A DNA stretch of 64,000 nt from Bacteriovoracia bacterium (GTDB lineage Bacteria > Bdellovibrionota > UBA1018 > JBFWNL01), in assembly GCA_050251055.1 (NCBI GenBank), contig JBFWNL010000012.1, forward strand, positions 1-64,000, written 5' to 3'. The notes beneath the pieces were generated by a model. It had not been told where the DNA came from and ran no database searches. It was given only the letters and a program-made list of their open reading frames with translations. Position numbers and translations under genes: made by a program. Positions 46,867 through 57,821 of the stretch are shown here, piece after piece. Each line of letters opens with the position of its first letter. The first letter of the stretch is position 1.

Positions 46867-47418
46867 TTATTTCACCAAGAAAGCCAAACTGGTTCCGAAC
46901 GTCGTGCAGACGACCTGCAGGAGCTCTTCCGTTTCCACCACCGCCATCGGGTCGCCCGTGGACAGGTCGGAAATCATCTTGGACAAGGCCATCTTTTCCG
47001 AGACCTTCGCCTCGCGCTGCCAAAACGAGATTGCTAGCTGGTCAGCGAGCTTACCCACCAAGAAATCGGAGAACTGATTGGTGCCGCGGGCGAAATCGAT
47101 ATCGGAAAACAGCAGGCGCTCGCCGTAGGACTGCGCCTTCTCGCGAGCGATCGCTTTCTTGCAGAAGCCGCCCGCGAGCTCCGTCATACCCAACACGACC
47201 GGCGAGCCGAATTCCTGCGGCACGCCCGCGCGCGGCAGACGGTCCTTCGTGAGCTTGAATAGCTCGAGCAGCTCGGTGTCGCCCTCATCCGCGCCCGTGA
47301 TCGCTTCGTAAGAAGCGAAAATCTCGCGGAAGTTCTTGATCCGAAGCGGGGTGGCGGCTTCCGTGCCTGCCGTCGCCAGCAACATCCCCAATGCCAATGC
47401 CACTAATCCTTGTTTCAT
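46867..47418 (-). CDS. Exported helical hypothetical protein of the heme-c cluster
   Basis: Signal peptide (TEA), 'IKNFREIFASYEAITG', two Cys. Confidence 0.65.
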   Translation of the reverse strand: MKQGLVALALGMLLATAGTEAATPLRIKNFREIFASYEAITGADEGDTELLELFKLTKDRLPRAGVPQEFGSPVVLGMTELAGGFCKKAIAREKAQSYGERLLFSDIDFARGTNQFSDFLVGKLADQLAISFWQREAKVSEKMALSKMISDLSTGDPMAVVETEELLQVVCTTFGTSLAFLVK

Positions 47419-47434
47419 CCCGTCATTTCCTCGC

Positions 47435-48748
47435 TTACTCGCTTAAGGCCGCCGGGTGTGCGATGCACTCGGGCGCGGCCGCGGTTTTCGTGAACAAACG
47501 CTTCAAGTTGTAACCATTCGCCTCGAGATCCTTCACCATCGGATCCAGGAGGCCCGGCGCGTGCTCGGCGATCGTGCCGCCGCACACCTCGGTATAAACC
47601 TTTTTCACCATGCAACGGCTGAACGCCGAAGAGTTGGCGAGCATATTGGCGAACTCGGGCAAGCTCTCGCCGATCTTTTCCGTGCGCCACCCGAAATCAA
47701 CCGCCGTGTTGTAGTCTAGGAGGTTCATCCAGCTGGAATCGGAGGTCACGTAACCAGGCGGATAGACCTCGCCGTTTTGGTTGTACTTCGCCGCCACCCC
47801 CGAATTGATGTAGGCCAACGCATTATCGACATAGTCAAAATGCGCGAAGGCGCCGGCCATGGAATCCATGAGCGCGTGGCAGTTGCGACAGGTGTTTTGG
47901 TAATTGGCGGGGTTGCCGCTCGGCGCCCGGTCGACGTCCCGGCGAACGAAGGAGTCGGGCACCCCCCGCATCTTCCAGCTTTCGATCGGAGCGCAAAGGA
48001 AGAGGTTGAACGATTCGCGCAAAGCCCGGCGATTCGTGCCCGCTTCGTATTGCAGCTTTGCCCAAGCGCGCGTCGTCAGCGCGCCGATGCCGACATTGAG
48101 ATCTTCCCATTGCTTGTCGACCCGCTCGAGGTCCGTGAGCAGACTTAGGCTTTTCTCGTCGAACTTCAGGTAATGGTCGTTATTGGCTCGGGACACCGCC
48201 GGCAGGCCAAAGCTGGCGTAGGCGCTGTATCGAAGATTGCCTGTAAGGAGCAAGCGGGCGTCCAGACCGTCGCGCACCAATCCGATCATCAACGCCTGCA
48301 TGTCGTTAAATGGCTCAAGCGGCGAGCCATCTTTACTCGTGAAGGGAGCGGCGAAGTTGCGCGTGCGTACATTCAGGAAATTTTCCGTTTCAACCACCTG
48401 CGCGGCGGCCTCGAAATATTTCTGTTCGGTGACGAGCTTCAACACCCGGCGGAAACGCGGCTGGGACGGATTGGCGGGACCTCCCGTAAGGCGGATATAA
48501 AGACGATGGGCATAGGCTTCCGCGGGAGTCTGCGCAAGATTGCCGATGAGCGCGGCATCGAGTTCCGAGTAATCAACATTGGGAAGACCAAACGCATCCA
48601 TCGATGCGCGGGACGAGTTCGCGTGCGCACTCCAAGCCAAATTGGCCGAACACTGCGAAGCAAAGCTATGGCCGGGCGCTAACAAAAAACCGCATAGCGA
48701 CAGCGGGCCAAGCCAGGAGAAAAATACGAACCGGAGCGATTTTCTCAT
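47435..48748 (-). CDS. Exported monoheme (CxxCH) protein, DUF1588/DUF1585-like
   Basis: Signal peptide, 'GALTTRAW', 'AGTNRR', CRNCH followed by 'MD..A.AF', and C-terminal 'FSRCMVKKVY...NGYNLKRLF'. Start at ATG 48748 after GGAGGGA. Confidence 0.7.
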   Translation of the reverse strand: MRKSLRFVFFSWLGPLSLCGFLLAPGHSFASQCSANLAWSAHANSSRASMDAFGLPNVDYSELDAALIGNLAQTPAEAYAHRLYIRLTGGPANPSQPRFRRVLKLVTEQKYFEAAAQVVETENFLNVRTRNFAAPFTSKDGSPLEPFNDMQALMIGLVRDGLDARLLLTGNLRYSAYASFGLPAVSRANNDHYLKFDEKSLSLLTDLERVDKQWEDLNVGIGALTTRAWAKLQYEAGTNRRALRESFNLFLCAPIESWKMRGVPDSFVRRDVDRAPSGNPANYQNTCRNCHALMDSMAGAFAHFDYVDNALAYINSGVAAKYNQNGEVYPPGYVTSDSSWMNLLDYNTAVDFGWRTEKIGESLPEFANMLANSSAFSRCMVKKVYTEVCGGTIAEHAPGLLDPMVKDLEANGYNLKRLFTKTAAAPECIAHPAALSE

Positions 48749-49138
48749 CGTTCCCTCCATGGATGATGAAGAAATAGTCAGATTTCTTTCCATACTAAAT
48801 CCGGATCCCCCGAAAGCAAGATCTAAGTGGCCACGGACGTTCCGCGCACGCGCGAAATCATTAACAAGCCGACGCCTGCCCCTGGGCGTGAACGGATCCG
48901 CCGAAAATATCTGCTCTCAAAAAATGCAATTTTTTAGCCAGTTTTTAGGCATTTTTAGACAAGTTACGGATTCCGGCGGGACAAGATGGTTGCCCTTCCG
49001 GGCGATCCGACAGGAACATTTCACGCGCCTCGCAAAACCAAGCATGGCCCCCGCGAAAAATTCGCGCGTGCGGAGTTCTTGACGCCGAACTGGTGCTGAA
49101 ATGGCCCCGTTTTTTTTCGTGAGCGATGCGCGGAAGGA

Positions 49139-50617
49139 TTACTCGCCGCGCTCGGTGAACTCGCCGTTCTGGTAGGCGAGAATTTTCTTCTGACCGTCGA
49201 CCATAGTCTCGACACACACGGGACGGCGCCAGATCTCGGTTAGGCCCCGCATCGTCTCCTGCGCCCAGCGCATGTCGAGATCGATGCCTTGGTGCTTGTG
49301 CCAAAGCAAAAGCTCCCCGCGGTTCTCGTAGTTACCATCCTTCACGTAAATGAACGGCTGGCCCATGTTCGTGAGCATGAAGAGCAGCTTTTCTTTTACT
49401 TTTTTGTAATCGCGGTCGGTGATCTCGTACTGGTTGGTGCGACGATTGAACTCGTAGGTGTAGAGTTTCAGCCGATCGCAGAACTCCTGCGTCAAGTAAC
49501 TGTCGATAAAGGTGATGTCGTTGCACACCCGGCGGACTTCAAACACCTTCTGGCGCCCCTGATTGAGCTTCGTGTCCCAGTTGGCTTTTTTCACCAGGTC
49601 TTCGCACTCGTCGTATTCCTTACCGAACTTGCCCTTGTTCCAGCGATCTTCGATGTCGCGGAAGAGCTCGATGCCGATCTTATAAGGGTTGATCTGGCCC
49701 GGCTGCATGGCCATCGTGCCCGCGTGGTGATCAGCGAACTCGATGATCTCGGAGTCGCGCAGCGCCTTCTCAGTCATGATGCGGGAATGCCAGTATGAGG
49801 CCCAGCCCTCGTTCATGATCTTAGTCTGCATCTGGGGCACGAAATAGTAGGCTTCCTCGCGAATGATGCTCAACACGTCGCTTTCCCAGTGCTCGAGCGG
49901 GGCGTGCTCCACCAAGAACTGCAGAACATCCTTCTGCGGTTCGGCGGGATTGCGGCGCGACTGCTGCTGGCTTTGCTGGAGGCGCTGGCGTTGCTCGTCC
50001 AGGAACTCCTTGGGGTTAATGAAAGACTCCATATACGGGCGATCGGTCTTTAGGCGTCCCGGCTCTTGCGGGGCCGCGTCTTCGTCCGAATCCTTCTTCA
50101 TCTCGGGCGCCTTCTGGAACGGCAGGAACGGATCGATGAGGTTTTCGATGCTCAGGCAGCGGTCAATGAAATTTTCCACGCGGTCCTGCCCGTAGCGGTC
50201 CATGTAGTTACGGATGCGCACGGCGTGGTTAGCCATGGCGTCGAGCATCTTGCGGTTGGTTTTGGAGAACCAGTAGTTGTTCTTGAAGAAATCCACGTGG
50301 CCGTAGACGTGCGCCATGACGAGCTTTTGATCAACGTAGCTATTGGAACTCATCAGGTAGGCGTAGGAGGGATCCGTATTGATCACCATTTCGTAAATCT
50401 TCTGCAGGCCCCAGCTGTAGCCCTTGGACATCTGGTCGTAGTCCATGCCGAAGCGCCAGTGCGGGTAGCGAACGGGGAAACCGCCGAAGGACGCGAGCGA
50501 ATTGATCTGGTCGTAGTCGACCATCTCGAAGATGACCTCGAAGAAATCCAGGCCAAAGTCCGTAGCGTAGCCTTTGATCTCGTCGCGCAGCTCGGAGAGC
50601 TCCTTGGTCAACGACAT
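49139..50617 (-). CDS. spoVR: SpoVR family protein
   Basis: '[12 protein letters not shown]', 'KIYEMVIN', '[14 protein letters not shown]', '[13 protein letters not shown]', 'NPYKIG'. Confidence 0.95.
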   Translation of the reverse strand: MSLTKELSELRDEIKGYATDFGLDFFEVIFEMVDYDQINSLASFGGFPVRYPHWRFGMDYDQMSKGYSWGLQKIYEMVINTDPSYAYLMSSNSYVDQKLVMAHVYGHVDFFKNNYWFSKTNRKMLDAMANHAVRIRNYMDRYGQDRVENFIDRCLSIENLIDPFLPFQKAPEMKKDSDEDAAPQEPGRLKTDRPYMESFINPKEFLDEQRQRLQQSQQQSRRNPAEPQKDVLQFLVEHAPLEHWESDVLSIIREEAYYFVPQMQTKIMNEGWASYWHSRIMTEKALRDSEIIEFADHHAGTMAMQPGQINPYKIGIELFRDIEDRWNKGKFGKEYDECEDLVKKANWDTKLNQGRQKVFEVRRVCNDITFIDSYLTQEFCDRLKLYTYEFNRRTNQYEITDRDYKKVKEKLLFMLTNMGQPFIYVKDGNYENRGELLLWHKHQGIDLDMRWAQETMRGLTEIWRRPVCVETMVDGQKKILAYQNGEFTERGE

Positions 50618-50618
50618 G

Positions 50619-51728
50619 CTATTTGCCCTTCCCCAGGAATTCCTTGATCGACTGCAGGATACCTTCTTTATTCTCGATCTTGGAGAGGATGACGGAGGCG
50701 TGTTCCTTGCCGAATTGTTCGATTAAATCCTTGTAGAACTGTCCGGATCCGTAACGAGACTCGACCTGGCCGTAACAGAACACGTTGCACACGGGCAGGA
50801 GAGAGTTTTGTAAGATCTCCATGCACAGGCGCGTGTCTTCTCCCGACCAGTTATCGCCGTCGGAGAAATGGAACGGATAGATGTTCCACTCGGACGGAGC
50901 GTAGTCGGTTTGGATGATCTTTTCGCAGAGCTTGTAGGCCGAGCTAATGAGCGTACCGCCGCTCTCGCGCGTGCGGAAAAACGTGTGCTCGTCCACCTCG
51001 CGCGCGGTGGCGTCGTGGATGATGTAGCGGGTTTCGATCCCCTTGTACTGCGAACGTAGCCACGTATCGATCCAGAAGGCTTCCGTACGCACGATCTCTT
51101 TCTGCTCGTCGCCCATGGAGCCGGACACGTCCATCATGTAAATGATGACCGCGCTGTTCTCGTGGCGCACGTCGCTCTTCCAAGACCGGAAGCGCTTGTC
51201 CCGCCGGATGGGAACAATGATGGGGTCTTTGGCGTTGTAGGTGCCGGTCGCGATCTGCCGCTTGAGCGCTTCGCGAAAAGTACGCTTGAAGTGCCGCAGC
51301 GACTCGGGACCTTGGCTCGCGATCCCCGTGTAGCGGTCGGTCGCCGAACGCACGGTTTTTTTCCCGCGCGGCTCGATCCTAGGCAGCTCGAGCTCCTCGC
51401 CCAGGATCTCGGCCAGCTCTTGCAGGGTGAGATCCACTTCGATCGTGTGATTTCCCGCCTCGCTGCCCGCCTGGCCCTCGCCCGGCTGTTCTTGATCGCC
51501 CTTGCCGACGGGATCGCCGGGTTTGCCCTCGCCCTGCCCCACCCCGCCCTGCTGCTTCTCGCCGAAGCGAAAGCGCGGGATCTCGATCTGGGGGATCGGG
51601 ATCGTGACCAAGTCTTTCCCCTTGCGGCCGATCATCTCGCCGTTGGTCACGTACTTCTTGAGGTCCTGCTTGATCTTGCCCTTTACGATGTTCCGAAAAC
51701 GGGCATGATCGCGTTTGATGTTATACAT
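50619..51728 (-). CDS. yeaH: YeaH/YhbH (DUF444) vWA-like protein
   Basis: 'MMDVSGSM', '[11 protein letters not shown]', '[14 protein letters not shown]'. ATG 51728 overlaps the prkA stop. Confidence 0.93.
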   Translation of the reverse strand: MYNIKRDHARFRNIVKGKIKQDLKKYVTNGEMIGRKGKDLVTIPIPQIEIPRFRFGEKQQGGVGQGEGKPGDPVGKGDQEQPGEGQAGSEAGNHTIEVDLTLQELAEILGEELELPRIEPRGKKTVRSATDRYTGIASQGPESLRHFKRTFREALKRQIATGTYNAKDPIIVPIRRDKRFRSWKSDVRHENSAVIIYMMDVSGSMGDEQKEIVRTEAFWIDTWLRSQYKGIETRYIIHDATAREVDEHTFFRTRESGGTLISSAYKLCEKIIQTDYAPSEWNIYPFHFSDGDNWSGEDTRLCMEILQNSLLPVCNVFCYGQVESRYGSGQFYKDLIEQFGKEHASVILSKIENKEGILQSIKEFLGKGK

Positions 51729-53800
51729 CAGGATTTTTTCTTCACGTCCCCGCGGGCGAAGATGCTGGCCACGTAGTTGAGCACGTCCGTGGAGCAAATC
51801 TCGCAATAATCGTAGTTCTTGATCAAGCGCGCCTTCACGACGTCGATCTTCTCCTGCGTGGTCTTGTCGATCACGTTGGAAACGAGCGAAGTGAGCTTGA
51901 TGGAGTCCTTCTGGTCTTCGAACAGCTTTAACTCCAAGGCCTTGTGCAGGCGCTCGTTCGTTTTATAGTCGAACGTGCGGCCTTCGATGGCCAACGCTCC
52001 GATGTAGTTCATGATCTCGCGCCGGAAATCGTCCTTGCGGCTTTCCGGGATGTCGATCTTCTCTTCGATCGCGCGCATCAGGCGCTCATCGGGTTCCTCG
52101 GCCTGGCCCGTGTAACGGTTCTTCACCTTCTCGCGTTGGGTGTAGGCCTTGACGTTATCGATGTAGTTCGAGCAGAGCTTCGAGATGGCGTCTTCATCGG
52201 CCGAAATCGCGCGCTGGACCTCGTTTTTCACGATGTCCTCGTACTCTTGCTTCACGACCGCCAAAAGCTCGCGGTATTCACGCCGACGTTCGTCGCTAGC
52301 GATCAACGCGTGATGCTTCAGGCCCCCGTCGAGCTCGTTCATCACCATGAACGGGTTCACACAGCCGACTTCGCCGCTCTTCTCGCTCACCAAGGCGTTC
52401 GAGATCTTGTCCTGGATGTAGCGCGGGCTGATGCCGTCCATGCCTTCGCGGATGGCTTCCTTGCGCAGCTCCTTCACGTTTTCCTCGGTGTAGCCGGTGA
52501 GGGTTTTGCCGTCATACAGCTTCAGCTTCTGCAGCAGCGAAAGATTGGCCTTCTTCGGCTGCTCCAGGCGCGTGAGGATCGCCCACATCGCGGCCACTTC
52601 GACCGTGTGCGGGGCGATGTGCTTGCCGCGGATCTTGTTGGCGTTGAAGTCCTTCTCGTAGATCTTCACTTCCTGCTTGAGCTTCGTGATGTACGGGATG
52701 TCGATCTTCACCGTACGGTCGCGCAAGGCCTCCATGAATTCGTTGCTTTGGAGCTTCTTGAACTCGGGCTCGTTCGTGTGCCCGATGATCACCTCGTCGA
52801 TATCCGTCTGCGGGAATTTCTTCGGCTTGATCTTGTGCTCTTGCGAGGCGCCGAGCAGGTCGTACAAGAACGCCACGTCAAGCTTCAACACTTCGATGAA
52901 CTCCACCACGCCGCGGTTGGCGATATTGAATTCCCCGTCGAAGTTGAACGCGCGCGGATCGGAATCCGAGCCGTACTCGGCGATCTTGCGGTAGTTGATG
53001 TCCCCCGTCAGTTCGGTCGAATCTTGGTTCTTCTCGTCCTTCGGCTGGAACGTGCCGATCCCCACGCGGTCGCGCTCGGAGAGCACCATGCGGTACACGC
53101 GCACGTGATCCATCACCTTGGACCAGTCTCCGTCGTAACGCTTCATGAACTCGCGCTGGACGTGGCGGCAGGACGGGCACATGTCGCCCGTGATGTTCAC
53201 GCGGTACTCGGACTTCTTGCCTTTATTGAACTCGTCCGCCAGCTCCTGGCGGGCATTTTCGGGCACGAGCCGCAGCGGTTCTTCATGCATCGGGCAGAGC
53301 ATTTCGGTGGCGTTGCCCAAAATCGGGTCTTTGTCCTTGGTCTTTTCCGGCTTATCGATCCACTTGAAGGTGTAAAGCACGCCTTCGGGGGTCTTCGTGT
53401 ATTGCTCGATGCCTTTCTTGAGCATGCGCGCGATCGTGGACTTCGACGAACCGACCGGGCCATGGAGGAGCAATACGCGTTTTTCGGTGCCGTAACCGAG
53501 CGCGGCGGACTTGAGGAAGCTCACCAACTTCATGAGCGAAATATCGAGGCCGAAAACGGCGTCTTTCCCGTTGTTAATCGGGTCATCAAAGAACTTGTAG
53601 CGCGTGATGTTCTTCTTGTACTCGACGTAGGATTCCGTTCCGTACGAAAGGATCATGTCGTACATGCGTTGAAAGGCGTTCCGGCAGACGCGCGGATCCT
53701 TCTTCACGATGTCGAGGTATTCCCAGAACGTGCCTTCCCAATTCAGGTCGCGAAACTCTTCGATGGCTTCGTTCTTGTTAAGTAGTCCGATCCAATCCAT
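51728..53800 (-). CDS. prkA: PrkA/YeaG family AAA+ serine protein kinase
   Basis: Walker A '[10 protein letters not shown]', 'CPMHEEPL', '[13 protein letters not shown]', 'HTNEPE', 'GMDGISPR'. Confidence 0.95.
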   Translation of the reverse strand: MDWIGLLNKNEAIEEFRDLNWEGTFWEYLDIVKKDPRVCRNAFQRMYDMILSYGTESYVEYKKNITRYKFFDDPINNGKDAVFGLDISLMKLVSFLKSAALGYGTEKRVLLLHGPVGSSKSTIARMLKKGIEQYTKTPEGVLYTFKWIDKPEKTKDKDPILGNATEMLCPMHEEPLRLVPENARQELADEFNKGKKSEYRVNITGDMCPSCRHVQREFMKRYDGDWSKVMDHVRVYRMVLSERDRVGIGTFQPKDEKNQDSTELTGDINYRKIAEYGSDSDPRAFNFDGEFNIANRGVVEFIEVLKLDVAFLYDLLGASQEHKIKPKKFPQTDIDEVIIGHTNEPEFKKLQSNEFMEALRDRTVKIDIPYITKLKQEVKIYEKDFNANKIRGKHIAPHTVEVAAMWAILTRLEQPKKANLSLLQKLKLYDGKTLTGYTEENVKELRKEAIREGMDGISPRYIQDKISNALVSEKSGEVGCVNPFMVMNELDGGLKHHALIASDERRREYRELLAVVKQEYEDIVKNEVQRAISADEDAISKLCSNYIDNVKAYTQREKVKNRYTGQAEEPDERLMRAIEEKIDIPESRKDDFRREIMNYIGALAIEGRTFDYKTNERLHKALELKLFEDQKDSIKLTSLVSNVIDKTTQEKIDVVKARLIKNYDYCEICSTDVLNYVASIFARGDVKKKS

Positions 53801-53972
53801 GGTTGACTCCTACCGCGTGAAAAATTCGTTTTTTATTAGAACCGCTTTGCAGTGTGCGCTTTAATCGGCTGCGTTATCAAGGGCGTTATGAAATCCGACA
53901 CTACGACTCGCCTATAGACATTATACCTTTACACTCGGTTCACTGTAAAGTTACTCTACCGAATGAGTTGAT

Positions 53973-55295
53973 ATGGACGAACTGGAAGTCGCCCGACACA
54001 CCCTTGGGGAACTGAATCCCTACCATTATGAGGTCTATCTCGAGGACCGGTGGCTGAGTCTTTTCCATAAGTCCGAAACAGTTTCCCCCAAACATCCCGA
54101 GCGTCAAAATAGCCACGCCACTCTCTGCGCGGTTCGCCTGAGCCACGAGGGGCGCACCGGCGAAGCAGTGGTGCATTCCCATTCGCCCGACGCGATCGAG
54201 GCGTGCATCCGGCAGGCGATGCGCGCCGCCGAAACCCAACCCAGCCCCTCGCCCGGACACGACAGTTTTTTTTCCTTTGGTTCCACCCTCTACCAGGAAA
54301 CCGACAGCTACGATGCCGCTGGCCGCGCCCTGCCCGCGGCCGTGAAGCGAGAGGTGCTGGACGAAATGGAAAACCATTGCCTCGCCACCGACTCAAGCAT
54401 CACGCGCGTCACCCACGCCGAGGTGAAGGAAACGCACACGCGCGTGCGCATGCTCAGCTCCGAAGGCGAAAAAATCTCCGAACAAGGGAGCCTGTACGAA
54501 GCTTCGGTGACGTGCGAAGCGCGGGGCTCCATTGAACGAGGCCGTGCGCAGGCTTTTTCGCGTTTCTTTGACACGTTCCGAGCCGAGAAGGCGCCGCTAG
54601 CGGGCCGCCTCGCCGCTTTCCGCGCGATGGAGATGATCGACGCCCGACCCGGCCAGGACTTTCGCGGTCCCGCGATCTTGCGCAACGACGCGATGGCGCA
54701 GCTTCTGGAGCACTTCGCCCCACACTTCCAGGCCGGTCGCATCGGCCGCGGACGTAAGCTCGCCTCCGAAAACGTCACGATTATTCATGACGGGCTATTG
54801 CCCGGTGGCTACGGGACCCGTTCCTTCGACGCCGAAGGCTGTCCCACGACGCGCACGCCTTTAGTCGAAGGCGGTATCCTGGTGGACGAGCTGCACACGA
54901 CCGCCAGCGCGCGTCGAGGCCAGCGGCTCTCTAACGGCTGCGCCGTGCGGGATGCTTTCGGTACCTTAAAGGCCGGCGTCCAGAACCTCTATCTCGCCCA
55001 CGGCAGGCAGGACTTCGCCCAACTGCTGCGGGGAATTTCTCGCGGCTTTCTCGTGACCCGGCTCTGGGATTTTCAGCCGGTGGCGGGAGGGGCCTCCGAC
55101 CAGTTCACCGCCCGTGCCCAAGGGATGTGGATTTCCGATGGCTGCCTGCTGCGGCCGACCGGCCAGCTGCGGTTAGAGACGAGCTTCCGCGAGCTGGCCA
55201 GTCAAATCACCGAAGTGGGCAGCGATCTGCAGTTTCACGGCGCTTACGGCGCGCCGTCCGTGCAACTGATCGAACTCTCACTGACCGGAGCCTGA
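53973..55295 (+). CDS. pmbA: TldD/PmbA family protein (PmbA-type, no HExxxH)
   Basis: 'SFDAEGCPT...LVEGGIL', 'SNGCA', 'NLYL', terminal 'APSV'. Confidence 0.75.
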   Translation: MDELEVARHTLGELNPYHYEVYLEDRWLSLFHKSETVSPKHPERQNSHATLCAVRLSHEGRTGEAVVHSHSPDAIEACIRQAMRAAETQPSPSPGHDSFFSFGSTLYQETDSYDAAGRALPAAVKREVLDEMENHCLATDSSITRVTHAEVKETHTRVRMLSSEGEKISEQGSLYEASVTCEARGSIERGRAQAFSRFFDTFRAEKAPLAGRLAAFRAMEMIDARPGQDFRGPAILRNDAMAQLLEHFAPHFQAGRIGRGRKLASENVTIIHDGLLPGGYGTRSFDAEGCPTTRTPLVEGGILVDELHTTASARRGQRLSNGCAVRDAFGTLKAGVQNLYLAHGRQDFAQLLRGISRGFLVTRLWDFQPVAGGASDQFTARAQGMWISDGCLLRPTGQLRLETSFRELASQITEVGSDLQFHGAYGAPSVQLIELSLTGA

Positions 55296-57521
55296 AGCCG
55301 GCGGTTGCGGCATCCCGAACTGCGTACGGAACCAGGTATTCGTGGCGGGCGCCGTGTAGCGCTCGTCCCAGTTCCCTTTGCGCATCTCCCGCACGCGCGC
55401 CATGAACGCGTCGTAAGTGGCCGCCGACGGCTGGAGCGTGCCTTGGTACTGCGCCACGGTAGCGTTCCCGTTGGGGAAACTCGGTTGCTGCGCGACCGTG
55501 GTCGTATCGCCGATCATGCTCTTCCATTGGGCGAGCGAGCGGCCCGCATCTTCCACGATCGCCCACGAGGACGACCCCGCGCTACTCCACACACGGTTGT
55601 TCGACGAGCTCACCTGGCCGGACATCTGGAGCATTTCTTCCGCCTCGAACAATGGACCTCCCAACATGTCATTCAAGATATTATCTCGAAACGTCACGTT
55701 TTGAAGGCTGTCGCCGTGGCCATCGAAACGGACCGGGCCCCGCCAGTTGTGCAGAACGTTGCCCGAGATCATGAGGTTGCGGTTGAACTTCGTGTTGCTG
55801 CCCTTGTCATCCAGGTGGATGCCGAAGCGGTATCCACCCTGGTTGCCGGTGAACAGATTGTTCTTGAACTCGCCGCCGGAGAGCCATTGCGAAACAATGC
55901 CCCACCCGCGCGGGTTGTTGGCATCGATGTCGCGGCCTTCGGCGAAGACGTTGTTCCGGACGTAACCGTACACCGCCATTGTCGGGTCCTCATCCGCACC
56001 GCCCTCGAGCCCGCCGAAGCCGATCTGGAGCGCGATGGGGTTGCGCAGGAAGAGGTTATCTTCCGCCGTCCCGCCCGTACGCATCTGGATCCCGTGGCTC
56101 GAGCCATCGGCCACGATGTTGCGCGAGAACGTCACCGTCCCGCCTAACGTCGGGTAGTCGAGGTAAACGTTGTGGTTGAAGATCGTAGCGCCGGCTTGCC
56201 CGCTCTTCCAGCCGTTCTTATCGAACACGTTCTCCACGATCGTGACGTTGTAATACTTGCTCGCGTAAATACCCGCGCTGTGGGAGCTCGTGGAGTGCGA
56301 GTCGACGATCACGTTTCGCCGGATTACGACGTTCCGGGCGACGGAGTCGTATCCTTGAAGCGTGATGCCGAAAGCATAATTCTCGATCTTGCAGTCTTCG
56401 AGCAAGAACCCGTCCCCCGCGCCCAGCCACCAGAGCCCGACGTCTCCGTTGCTAGCCACGCGGCTATGCGCCCAGAAGTGCAGATTCAAGATGGCCAAGT
56501 GATCGATGCTCGCGGGCGATCCGCCGCCCCCCTGGCGCATGAAGAAACGTGAGGCGCCCGTCTTCAACAGGGGACGCGGCAAGGCTTCGTTGCCATAGGC
56601 TTCGATCACCATCTTAGCGTTGGCGCTCTGACCGCTCTTCTTCCAATGCCCTAGCCCTTCCAGCCACTCGTCGCCGCGTTTGAGGCGCAGGCGATCCGGA
56701 TAGCCGTGGCGAAGCTGCGCGACGCCAGCCGCGATCGAGCGCAGGGGGCTCGCTTGGGTGCCGCTGTTGCCGTCGTTACCGGTGCTGCTGCTAACATAAA
56801 TGATACGCGCGCCGGAAATCTCCGGCAAATCAGTCCAACCTGTACCAACCGTGGCCGTAGGCGTCGGGGTAGGCGTGGGGGTCGGCGTCGGTGTAGGTGT
56901 CGCGCTCGTTGTCGGCGACGGCGTAGACGTCGGCGTTGGTGTCGCGGTCGGCGTAGGCGTAGGTAAGTGCCGGACGCGGACCGAGCTCACCTGGTGGGAT
57001 CCGCTCGAGGCGACCAGTCCCATGTGGGTGAGTTGCGCCACCTCCGCCTGCTCCGTACGGAAAGCAAAACCACTCGCCAGCACCTGGGAGGCTCCCCCAT
57101 TTTTGGAAACGCTGACGTCATACCGATGGGCTTCCATATCTACCGTGACCACGAACGCGAAATTGTCCCGGGCCGCGTACGGAAGCGCGATATCGGCCGC
57201 GTAACCGCCGCCATCGCGGGCATCCACGAATCCTTCGTTATTGAAGCGGATCTGCACCGCATAGTCGGAATAGGTGCCACCGGGCGCAGCCGCGAACATC
57301 GTCAAAGCATCGCTTCGGTTCATCTGCGGCGTCGCGCGGAAGCTGATCTCGGAAAGCCTCCGGATGGGGCTCGGAAGCGCGGAATTCTGGAAAGCGGTGC
57401 CGCTCACGCGCGCCGCGAGCGCTTCGAACGTCCGTGCGCCGGCATTTCCTTGAAGGCCGAACTGGCAGCCGGAAACACTTAAACCAAGAGCCAACCAAAC
57501 CATCGATTGCTTGAAATTCAT
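55278..57521 (-). CDS. Lipoprotein: beta-sandwich domain, Pro/Thr linker, right-handed beta-helix (pectate lyase-like)
   Basis: Lipobox VSG-C, 'IYVSSSTGNDGNSGTQASPLRSI', repeated I-x-x-N-V/L-F coils, 'HNVY'. Confidence 0.75.
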   Translation of the reverse strand: MNFKQSMVWLALGLSVSGCQFGLQGNAGARTFEALAARVSGTAFQNSALPSPIRRLSEISFRATPQMNRSDALTMFAAAPGGTYSDYAVQIRFNNEGFVDARDGGGYAADIALPYAARDNFAFVVTVDMEAHRYDVSVSKNGGASQVLASGFAFRTEQAEVAQLTHMGLVASSGSHQVSSVRVRHLPTPTPTATPTPTSTPSPTTSATPTPTPTPTPTPTPTATVGTGWTDLPEISGARIIYVSSSTGNDGNSGTQASPLRSIAAGVAQLRHGYPDRLRLKRGDEWLEGLGHWKKSGQSANAKMVIEAYGNEALPRPLLKTGASRFFMRQGGGGSPASIDHLAILNLHFWAHSRVASNGDVGLWWLGAGDGFLLEDCKIENYAFGITLQGYDSVARNVVIRRNVIVDSHSTSSHSAGIYASKYYNVTIVENVFDKNGWKSGQAGATIFNHNVYLDYPTLGGTVTFSRNIVADGSSHGIQMRTGGTAEDNLFLRNPIALQIGFGGLEGGADEDPTMAVYGYVRNNVFAEGRDIDANNPRGWGIVSQWLSGGEFKNNLFTGNQGGYRFGIHLDDKGSNTKFNRNLMISGNVLHNWRGPVRFDGHGDSLQNVTFRDNILNDMLGGPLFEAEEMLQMSGQVSSSNNRVWSSAGSSSWAIVEDAGRSLAQWKSMIGDTTTVAQQPSFPNGNATVAQYQGTLQPSAATYDAFMARVREMRKGNWDERYTAPATNTWFRTQFGMPQPPASGSGQ
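56849..56965 (-). repeat. Pro-Thr dipeptide low-complexity linker
   Basis: Degenerate 6-bp repeat (ggcgtc/ggcgta/ggtgtc) encoding PTPTPTATPTPTSTPSPTT... Confidence 0.85.
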
Positions 57522-57821
57522 TTTGTACCATCCCTTGCTGAAAGCAGACCTATCCCGTCTTAGATTTTCTCAGACCCCAGGCGAAGTCTCGAGTCGGACC
57601 GGACGAGGCGGAAGATTGGTGTTTACGGTCGTTAGCTGGAACTGGGTCGAAACTGGCCTGGATTGTTAAGAGGGCGGGCCCGGAGTTCGCTTTAAATACC
57701 AGGGGCTATTTCTGGGTCATTACAAACCGCGATTCCCCGGGCCCTTAACCCAAGTCTGCCCACGAGGCGACGAAATCACTAGCGCCCCGAGCCGATCCCC
57801 CGCGTTTACGTTGACTCGCGT

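Noticed and set aside
51944-53785. 613-aa plus-strand ORF
   Set aside because: Antisense shadow of prkA with no recognisable features.
56849-56965. CRISPR array or contingency repeat
   Set aside because: It is a degenerate in-frame Pro-Thr linker with no spacers; no CRISPR array was seen anywhere in the window.
57522-57821. ncRNA in the 300-bp intergenic region
   Set aside because: No convincing stem-loop series, terminator or known motif was found.
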